From the NCBI GenBank assembly GCA_016748015.1, contig JAAOMT010000523.1, forward strand, positions 680,156 through 744,155: 64,000 nucleotides of DNA, given 5' to 3'. This DNA is from Geosiphon pyriformis uo1 (Eukaryota > Fungi > Glomeromycota). A program made the translations under genes and the position numbers. The notes below the pieces were generated by a model. That model ran no database searches. It worked only from the letters and a program-made list of their open reading frames with translations, and was not told the DNA's origin. This document shows positions 54,006 through 64,000 of this stretch, piece by piece; positions within the stretch are counted from its first letter, which is position 1; each line of letters starts with the position of its first letter.

Positions 54006-57000
54006 TGTTACTCATAAAAAGAAAACAGTTATAGAAAATAGTAGACCAATAGGCAAGTAGTAGTTAATATGTAAACATATTGCTCAGTAATATGGAGCAA
54101 TATCAGAAATTATAGCATATTGCTTAGCAATGTAGAGCAATGTCAGAAATCAAGGCACATCACTCAGCAATGTAGAGCGATGTCAAGAAAATATGACACA
54201 TAGCACATCATTCGGGAATGTGAGCAATCTTATAGAACATCAATTATGTATATATAGTGGTAACATTAGAAGTAGAAAAAGCAGAATCCATTAGTTAGAA
54301 ACCTTCTACATCACAAATATCAATAAATAATTATTCACTATCTCAATTCACTTTCTACTATTAACACTTTATGTTGATAGTAATTAATATTTAACCATAC
54401 AAGAACAATAGCTCTTGATCATAGCTATTAACAGGATATTAACTTGTAAATCACCTTGGCTTATTTTTTACATTTCTTTATTTTCTTTTATTTCTTTTAT
54501 TTAATTTTGTTGTATACTAATTGATTAAAAGCACTGAGTTATTAATGTCATGGATAGCCTGGTAAAAGACCCAGAAATAAGAATAGCATTATATATATTA
54601 TTGGATAGCTTACCAGAAGGACACAACTGCCAGAATAAATCTGGCCACCAAGCTGAGAAAAAAATTGGGAAACAACTTACACAAACTAACTGCATATAAC
54701 ATCAACAAAGAATCTCTGTTTATTATACAAAGAACTCAACTCTAAAACCTTCAGATACAACCAACATATCAGTATTACTAGCACTATTAATCAATTAAGT
54801 ACCAAGTTATGGGTTTGTTATTTGCTTTGAGACTTCAAATAATTACCTGTAATATTTGGTGCTCTCTGTAAGATATAATCTTACAGAGAACCTGTACCAA
54901 CAACTCCATTCAAAAGTGGCAGAATCAGAAAACATAGGAGCAAACCATTTAGGATTCATGAAATCCTTATTTCAACACTACTGTTAACACTTGGGATTAA
55001 CCCCAAATCACATATCAGCAGAATCAGCCTTCAACTTTTACGTCAATAAAAGAATTGCCTACTTATTAAAAACAGCAACAAACACTGAATCAGTAAGGGA
55101 GACTTTTTACAATAAATTAATCCAAAACAGCAGCTTACCAACAAACTATAATTTCACATCTATCATTACTGAGATTAATAAAAAAATTGAACATCACACC
55201 CAACAGAAATATCCAATCACCTATGCAAGTAAAGACAAAAGAAAACTACAAACACCAGCAGTAACACCCAAAAAAATACAACCAACCACTTGGAAGAAAC
55301 ACAGAATTGAATCACCTACCAATCCATCATATTATTATACTCCTAAAAGCACCATCAATATTACATTAACAGACATGTCCACATTGAATGCGACATCAAC
55401 ATTTGGATGATTCTCATTTCAAAGTAAACAAAAGAAAGAAGACTTATTAGGACCATACAGTGTGTATTTTGAAGGATTTAAATCATGATTGCCAACACCA
55501 TCAGGATTTTGATCACTACCATCTCAACCAGATTTTGGAACTGCGAGTCCTTGGGAAGTCCCAGAATTGGAAGGAGAACAAGAAGAAGAGAAAAAAGAAT
55601 CTGAGGATCAGGAATTTACATACCAAAACCTGATTCCAGGAAACCTGGAATTTGAAACCCTGAATGTTTAAACTCCGAAAAATCCAAACCAAAAAAATCT
55701 GGAAATCAAAACTCTGAATTTTCAAGCTCAGCCAAATCAGAATAACCAAAACCCCAACTTAATTAATCAACAAAACTTACCTCCAGTAATTGTTATTGAT
55801 CAACCACCAATTAATCCAATAGCCAAATCCATACAACAACCACTTCAATAGCTATCACAACAACCCAACTTAGATCCAATGGCCTATGCACCAATCGCAA
55901 AACTTGACAATTTTACCAGTGAAGAGGACAACACTCAAGTATGGCTAAACAACATAGAAAAAGCCATCACAGCCAATGGATAAAATGATGTCTGAACAAT
56001 GCAAGCCATTCCCTACTTCCTCAAGAATACTGCTAATTTATGGTATCAGAGCTTGATTAATAAATCACAAGACTTTAATGCCTTCAAAATGGAATTCTTA
56101 AGATACTTTAGCAACAATAACAGTATCAATCACCTAGTTAATACATTCACCACCATGAAGCAAGGAGAAACTGAAGCAGTCACTACTTACCTAGGACACT
56201 TCTATAGAAACCTGCGCCAAATCCAAGCAATTGACACCAACTATTTCACAGTGCCACAGATTCTTAACCAGTTTATCTATGGCCTGCACAGCAGTATCTT
56301 GCAATATGTACGTTCATTGCATTCAGGCATCTTTTAAGACATAGTCACCCATGCCAGAGATTTCGAATCAGCTGAGTTAAAAGCCAACCACACCCAAGCT
56401 GTTAATCTAGTAATGAACGGATCATCTAAATTGGATTCCAAATTGGAGAAATTCAATAAAACAATTAATCAAAAGATAGAGGAATACTTAGCTAACAACA
56501 ATCAGACAATTTATCAACCACCACAACGACACCACAATCAAGAAAACTCTAATCATCCACAGAATCAACCACATCCATCTTTATTGACCAATCAACAGTG
56601 GCAACAGGAAATGCATATCTGCCACTATTGTGGTAAACAAAAACATATCCAAATCAACTGCTGCCAGTGTATAAATAACCAATAATTGGAAAATCAATAT
56701 CAAAGCCCCGATCACTGGTTCTCAACTCTGAATCATCAATCAAACTCAGCACAATATCAAACCACTTATCTGCCAATAACACAGCAACCAATCTATCAAC
56801 CATCAGCATATCAAATCCCAATTTATCAACTGCAGACAATTTACCAGCCACAGCTACCAGTAATATATCAACCACAGTTACAAGTAATCTATCAGCCTTA
56901 ACAATCAATCCAAACACTACCCCAAAACCCAGCTCAAATGACATCAGGAGATCTCAAACCCAGAATCACCCAAAACTGAAGATCGGTGATGGTCATTCAC

Positions 57001-60000
57001 CAACCAATCACCAGCCCCTTTTACCAACTCACTGGATTATGCTCTCGGAATTTGGATACTGGTTCCAACCAAAACCCGAATTCCCAACACTATTTAAGTC
57101 TTTTGGTTACTCCAGAAAATGCCACTACCAACAACCCAAAACCCCATTAACAAATAACACTTACCAACAACATCCTACCAGCAACCATTACCAATGACAA
57201 ATCATTGGCCACCATTTTTCCCTTTGAACTCGAGGAAACCACAATAGTACTGCTATTCAGTAGAGCTGTTCTAGAAGAAAAACCCATTACAGCTATGTAC
57301 ACTAATATGAAAGTTGATGGACACTTCATCAAACTGATCTTAGATAGTAGATCAGCTGGCAGCATCATCACCAGACAACTCATGGATCAATTAAGTTGCC
57401 AAGTTGATCACACTGCCAGTGCTAGAATTATCACAGCTGATGGAGCAACCAAAACACCCATTGGAGAGATTGACAATCTATTCATAGAAGTCAATGACAT
57501 TATTATACCAATTAAGGTACTGGTAATAGAAGCCACCCAGTACCAGGCTCTCATTGGCAATGACTGGCTGTTTAAAGCCAGCACTATTATGAACTGGAAC
57601 ATACAAGAGGTCCAACTCAGTCAACATAACCAACATACAAGGGTACCAGCCATCTGTGGTCACTTTAAATCAAATCATCTCTCCACACCATTGATTGAAT
57701 TGAAAGAAGAAAAACTGAAACCTACCTGGGAGGCATACCAAGTGTCGTGGGCTGACAATAACCACAACAAACTGCTGCTAATATTATTGTGAGACAAGTC
57801 AGTAAAAGGAAAACAAAAAGAAAAACTCACTTGGAAAACTGACAATCTGACATGGATTGACAATGATGACAGTAAACCAACAGTAAATTGGGAGTGGAAA
57901 AAAGATAAAGGAAGAGACAAAGAGAAAAGAAAAGAAAAAGACACTATCCAAGCCAACAATACTTATATTCCAGACACTTATGCTTTATCACAACAGTCTA
58001 CCTATTGCTGACCCAAATTAATATGCATTAATTGCGGCAAAAAATTGTCATCAATGGGTGTATGCTGTGGCAATAATAAGGAATACCAAATGGCGACCAA
58101 ATTCTACTACTGTATATGTGTTATAGAACACTTTGGATAACCGAAAAGACAAGAAAAATGGGACAATGAATCTTGTCTAGCTTGTGGTGAAACCTTACTC
58201 GATGAAAGAATGTGGAACAACATTCCTGGTCAAGGAGGAATATGTGACACTTTGTGTCAGTACACAATCCTTATCAGCAACTGGGTCAAGAAAGAAACTC
58301 CAATAGAAGCTGCTTGAAGAAAAGCTGTGCAATGATTAAACAGTTGTCCACATGACAATGATGAGATCTGGAAAATGGTAATGGCCAAGATAGAAGGAGC
58401 ATCATTTGAAGAAATCAGAGAAATCAAAAACAACCCACCAGAACTCATAGAACTTAACTGGGACCCAGAACCAGTTATAAATCTTCTAGATCCAAAACAA
58501 TTTCATGAACACTACCAAGAGTTGACATCCACAAAAGAAGAGCAAAAGCAACACCTAGAATAATTGAATACTCAACTATGTCAACACTGCCTAATTCCTT
58601 GTGATTTTCAATATTGTAATGAGTGTGACCTTATTTACAATCCACCACCATGCATGATCTACACGATCCCAGAAGAAAACAAACCAATGAGCAGCTGCAC
58701 ATCGGAATCGGAATCAGTTTTCAATCCTGATTCAAACTCTAACAACAACGATGATGAAAACAATGGTTCCAGCTCCACTTTAATTAGCAATACAAATTAT
58801 GACAATTCAAACTCTGATTCATATCCCAAAACATTTATCACACTTCTTGACCTTACCAAAGAGCAGGAACTGAAATGGTTTAGTGATAATAATGAAGGTA
58901 TCATGCCTGAATGCATGCACAATACTGATGCAGAGTTTGATCTGAGATATCCCAGAAAAGATCCCATTAAATTGAAACCACATTTGCACACCTGCATTAA
59001 TCTCAAAGTAGCATTGGAAATCCCAGCAACAACAATGGTTCAACTAGCATTCAGGAGTAGTTTAGCAAAAAAAAGAATAAACATCAAAGGAAAAATAATT
59101 GATGCAGGATATGTAGGAAATATCATTGCTATGCTACAAAATGATTCAGAAAAAGCATACACTATAGACCCAAATAAAAAAATAGCACAGGCAATATTCC
59201 TATTTCTGGTAAAAATAGCTCAGTTAGTGTCAGTAAGAAACAGAGTCAAACAAACAATACTTGAAAAAGAAGTATTAAAATTAATTCAAAATGAAGATTT
59301 CAACAGAGCTCAATATTAAAAAGGAAGAAATATTGTTACTCATAAAAAAAAACAGTTATAGAAAATAGTAGACCAATAAGCAAGTAGTAGTTAACATGTG
59401 AGCATATTGTTCAACAATATGAAGCAATGTCAGAAATTATAGCACATTGCTTAGCAATATAAAGCAATGTCAAAAATCAAGGCATATTGCTCAGCAATGT
59501 AGAGTGATGTTAAGAAAATATGACACATTGCTCAGCAATGTGAGCATTACTCAAGAAATCATAGCACATTGCTCGGGAATGTGAGCAATTTTATAGAACA
59601 TCAATTATGTATATATAGTGATAGCATTAGAAGTAGAAAGAGCAGAATTCATCAGTTAGAAACCTTCTACATTACAAATATCAATAAATAATTATTTACT
59701 ATCTCAATTCACTCTCTACTATCAGCACTTTATGTTGATAGTAATTAATACTTAACCACACTAGAACAATAGCTCTTAATCATGGCTATTGATAGGATAC
59801 TAACTTGTAAATCGCTTTGGCTTATTTCTTACATTTCTTTATTTTCTTTTATTTCTTTTATTTGATTTTGTTGTATACTAATTGATTAAAAGCGCTGAGT
59901 TATTGATGTCACAGATAGCTTGGTAAAAGACCCAGAGATAAGAGTAGCATTATATATATTATTGAATAGCTTACCAGAAGAACACGACTATCAGAATAAA

Positions 60001-60215
60001 TCTGGCCACCAAGCTGAGAAAGAAATTGGGAAACAATTTACACAAACTAACTGCATATAACATCAATAAAGAATCTCTGTTCATTATACAAAGAACTCAA
60101 CTCTAAAACCTTCAAATACAACCAACATACCAGTATTACCAGCACTATCAATCAATTGAGCACCAAGTTATGAGTTTGTTATTTGCTTTAAGACTCCAAA
60201 TAATCACTTGTAATA
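54006..60215 (+). mobile_element. Ty3/Gypsy LTR retrotransposon, family C; internal deletion of RT, RNase H and integrase
   Basis: LTRs 54006-54854 and 59334-60215; PBS at 54857; gag, CHYCGKQKHIQINC, LILDSRSAG protease, Cys-rich domain and dUTPase all in one frame; PPT 59318-59330; TSD GCAC/GTGC. Confidence 0.95.
54857..54872 (+). promoter_or_regulatory. PBS TGGTGCTCTCTGTAAG, fits the 3' end of an elongator tRNA-Met (...CUCACAGAGAGCACCA) with one G>A
   Basis: Starts 2 nt after the LTR end; tRNA identity inferred from the typical tRNA-Met(e) T-stem and acceptor end. Confidence 0.65.
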
Positions 60216-60503
60216 GTGCATATCCTGTAGCACTAACCAAAGCTTTCTGTTTTTCTTCAGAGCATCCTCAACAACTGAGCCAATAGCAAAAATAGGAGAC
60301 TGGATCAAAGTACTCTTTAACACTAAAAAATTGTTACCATAAAGAACATTAAATTTGCTATAAGCCAAAGATATCTGATCAGATAGGATCTTAGATAGTA
60401 TTTTACATGTTATTTTAACCAATGTGATAGGTCTGGTATTTGTCAAAATACCATTCCACTCATAAGGTTTTGGAATCATTGAAACCCACACTTCTTTTTA
60501 CAG
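60216..60503 (-). mobile_element. LINE RT N-terminal segment
   Basis: WVSMIPKPYEW..TNTRPITL..KILSKIL..LWLVLQDM. Confidence 0.9.
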
Positions 60504-61499
60504 TGTTACCAGAGGTTTTTGGTCTTTTCTTAGCTCTTGTATGTTTGTTGTAATGCTGTTAATTCACGATTATAGGAAGTGTTTGAACCTCTGATAACTG
60601 AATTTATCTTCAAATTATCTCCTATAATTTGAACTGCTGGGCTTATAAGTGGAATGGCCAAGTCCGTGCCAGTTACTTTGTATAGTTACATTGTAGTAAA
60701 CGTCAACTCTTTTCCAGGAATTGCTCGTCTGGAAGCTTACTAAAAATATGTAGTTATTTTGCTATGAAAGTCAACTTTTCTACAGGAATTCTTGTCCATA
60801 GGCTACCCAAATAATTTATAATAAGAAAAGAAAGAGAATAAAAGAAATGTAAAAAAAAAGTAAAACTGATGATTTATAGAAGTCGTTTCGGATCCAGGCC
60901 TGGAAATGCTTTAACAATCTACTGAAATTGGTAGTTAATCAATTTCAACCTGTTAGTAGAAATTGGTTAATTTCAAAGGAAATAATTAAAAATTTGGCTT
61001 TTTGAATTTATTTGATATTTATTTTGTTTTTGTGTGTAAAGGATGATTCTAATTATTAAATCTGAAGTAAAATACATTTTCTCGAAAAGAAAAGCTCTTC
61101 TTTTATACAACTTGTTGTAACACTATTTTATGAACTTGAACTTTGCTCTTTTCTACAATTTTGCTGAACTAAAGATATATTTTGGTGAACTACAAGTTAT
61201 TTCTGCGAACTATTAGATATTTTGGTACACTATCAATTATTTCGGCAAATTTCTACAAATTTCGGCAAACTTTTAAATGTTATATATTTCAGGGTATTAC
61301 ATGATTGATTATCGCACTTAGGTTACATTTGTGTTATATACAAATTGGATTATTAATTAAATAATAATTTTGGACATTTTGCTAATGTAATAAGTAATAA
61401 TTTGAAATAATAATATATGCTAATTAATGATAAAATTTATAAGGGTAATTTTATGCTAAACAATATTTCTAATTTTGTCTGATAACATAACCTCCTCCT

Positions 61500-62176
61500 C
61501 AAGACTGAGCTCCATCAAAGTCCAAGTACTGTCTGTAATTTCCAGATAATAATCCAAAATTATTGAAGAAATTTGGTCTGAAAATTGTTGAAATTTCAGT
61601 TCTGTAAGCTTTTCAATGTATTGAATCTTTAAAGGCTGTAAAATTGGGTTTTGTAGGACATTTTCACAGGTGTGGAATAGGTCATAAAGTTTAAGAGCAG
61701 CTCTTAGTTTATAATGACTGTTTGTAGGTCCAGCTGTTGTCTTGAATTGATTGTGGAGTTGTTTCTAAATAGCTTCTTTTGTGAGATTTGCTGCTGTAAG
61801 CTCCCATTTTTGTTCATGAAGTGTTTTTTTCAATGTAAAAATATCTATATATTAGAGTATAGTTGTAGTTTTTGTCATTAAGACACAGTTGAAGTTTTTG
61901 TTGAATAGTAGCATTCGGTGGAATACTAATAGGAGTGAGCATTAAGTTTTCTCTTAAAGCAAGCTTTAGAAGTTCTGGCAGGTGAATTTCAGAATAACTT
62001 CTTGTGTTTTTCTTATACGGGTGATATTTTTGTGCATTTGGGGCTAAATTTGTAACTACTTCTGTTTGGGTATAATTAATGTGGTTTCCAGTAACAATAA
62101 TAGATAATTCGGGTATTGTTTTTAAAGCTAACATTAGTTTTTGGGATAATTGTTAAATGTTTTGAGGAATAGACAT
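61500..62176 (-). pseudogene. ORF3 accessory protein, family A copy 2
   Basis: MSIPQNI*QLSQKLMLALKT.. aligns with family B MILIPENINNITQQLVESL..; contains stops and a frameshift. Confidence 0.8.
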
Positions 62177-62299
62177 TATAAGAGATTTTAAAATAAAAGA
62201 AAATTATTTTTGGTGTATGGGTTTTTATGTTATTTTTGTTTTTGTTTTTGTGAGATTGTTTCTAAATTATAATGATATAACTATAATGATAAATTTAAA

Positions 62300-63685
62300 T
62301 TAAGTGTTCAAGTTGAGAGGTTGTTCAATGACAACTATTGGTTCTAATTTTCGGAGAATATCTTTGGGATTGATTAAAGGGGAATGTGTACCAATTTGTG
62401 GAATTAATGATTCAGGATTGTTTCTGGAATTATAGTGTTTCAAATGATCTCCATGTGCAACTTTTGCTAGGATTTTGTCATTAAGTCTTAGCTTGTATGA
62501 TCCGTTGCCTAGGACTTCATGAATAAAGAATGGTCCATCTCATTTATTTTCAAATTTTCCACTCCATTGTTTTTTAGCTTTAGTTCTGTGTAAGAGAACT
62601 TTGTTTCTGATTTTAAATCCATTGGTAACTGGAGGCAATTTGTCATTATGCCATTCTTTTTGTTGAGCTTGGGAGTGTTTAATATGGGTGGCTGCTATTT
62701 GTCATTTTCTTTTTAACATGCTAAGCAAAGTGTAGGCTCTTTATTGTAGTGTTTCTTAGAAATTGTTTTTATCGATTGTTTGTGTTGGGTATGTTTTCAC
62801 AGTGAAACTAATTGGTAATGTTGTTGTTCTTTCATAAGTTAAATTAAATGGTGTGTGTTTTGTGGTATCTTGTTTTAGTGTTCTATATGCCAGTAACACT
62901 GATGGAATAAAGAAATCCCATTTTTGCTTAAAATTGGTTGAGACTTTGGCTAATGATTCACACAATGTTTTGTTGAAACATTCTACAAGTCCATTTGTTT
63001 GTGGATAGTAGGACAAAAATAATGGTCTCTTAACATTAAATTGTCCACAAATTTTCTGGATTAAATTGTTCACAAAATGTGTTTCTTGATCAGATAAAAG
63101 TTCTATTGGGCATCTATGTTTACAAATGATGTCTTCATAGATGAAATTTATTACTGATTTCACATCTGCTCATTGAATGGCTCTGGCTTTAGGCCATTTG
63201 GTAAGATAGTCTACAGCTACTGCAATATAACAGTTTCCTTGGTTTGTGATAGGGAGTGGTCCGACTAAATCAATACCAATTCGGTCAAATGGCTGTTCAA
63301 TTTTGATTGGGTTTAAAGGTTCTGTAGGGCGAGTTTCTCTTCTTCTTTGACAACTATTACAAGACTTAACATATTCATAAATGTCTTTTTTCATTTGAGG
63401 CCAAAAATAATATGCTAGTGTTCTCTGGGTGGTGCTTTCTTTTCCTAGGTGTGCTGATGAAGGGTCTGAGTGCATGTTATATAAAATGGTTTCTTTTTCA
63501 TGTTCTTGTATTAATCTAAGCGGATTGTCTGGGTTTCTGAAGTTTCGATAATAAATAATGTTGTTGTGTAAGAAGTATTGTTTGGCTTGTTGTTGTAACC
63601 AATGTTTTTCATTTGGGGACCAATCTGTTGGAATTGTTAATGTCTCCAGATATTGTTTAAGATTGTTGTAATTTTCAGGGTTCAT
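62300..63685 (-). pseudogene. Integrase in a separate ORF, family A copy 2
   Basis: MNPENY.., HSDPSSAH..CNSC, RIGIDLVGP, LLSDQETHF, PQTNGLVE. Confidence 0.92.
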
Positions 63686-64000
63686 TGTTTGTTGTTTTGT
63701 TGTTAATTCAAATGAGTGTTGTTTTTATGTTCTAATCTTGCCTCATTCTTGAGAGACAATCAACATTGGTGTGGAGTTTTCCTGGTTTGTGATGTACAAT
63801 GTATCAGTAGTTGGCTAAAAATCCTGTCCATCAAGTTTGTTTGGCATTTAGCTAAGTGTTTTTGTTTTGAAGCTATTTGAGTCCAATATTATCAGTGATA
63901 ATATCGAATTTTTTGGGTCTGAGGTAAAAGTTGAAGTAATGTAGGGCCCAGATTACTGCTGCAGTTTTTAATTCTGTTGCAGGGTAGTTCTTTTCAGCTG

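Larger units (their letters stand above)
60504..64000 (-). mobile_element. Ty3/Gypsy LTR retrotransposon, family A copy 2 (3' part; continues beyond the window)
   Basis: LTR 60504-61487; PPT GAGGAGGAGG 61491-61500; ORF3; integrase 63685-62300; RNase H ends at TAG 63734-63732. Confidence 0.95.

Noticed and set aside
59401-59598. Palindromic repeats with ~20-nt gaps resembling a CRISPR array
   Set aside because: The gaps are similar to one another, the array lies inside an LTR, the context is eukaryotic and no cas genes are present

Overview
AT-rich eukaryotic (fungal) genomic DNA. The many short GT-AG introns and the TE protein style suggest an early-diverging fungus such as a glomeromycotan (inference only). 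Three zones. (1) 1-18.6 kb: decayed TEs - a Ty3/Gypsy LTR element (family A) and a solo LTR (family B), both nested in an RNase H-bearing LINE, plus a Tc1/mariner transposon. (2) 18.8-37.4 kb: a compact, TE-free, intron-rich gene island - RPL6, eIF3e, PCC1 (missed by the ORF track), PIG-A, a PIG-Y-domain gene, NIT1-like nitrilase, RKM4/SETD6-like methyltransferase, an SDR, YAR1-like ankyrin protein, a mitochondrial carrier, an H/ACA snoRNA (predicted guide for the LSU rRNA site equivalent to yeast Psi2314) and a TPR protein. (3) 38-64 kb: LINEs carrying five more LTR insertions from three families. The main candidate novel system is the architecture of these Gypsy elements: one gag-PR-[Cys-rich Zn domain]-dUTPase-RT-RNaseH ORF that stops right after RNase H; a separately initiated integrase ORF behind a CAA-rich spacer; a third non-env ORF before the PPT; and a family-specific short tandem motif array in each LTR (possible trans-activator or anti-silencing pair). 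Also seen: 4-bp target sites always centred on CG/CA/TG, an ~11-kb inversion with swapped TSDs, a PBS hairpin, a GG-AG intron in PIG-A, PIG-A/PIG-Y adjacency and a structured RPL6 5'UTR intron. All calls were made by eye; no searches were run.
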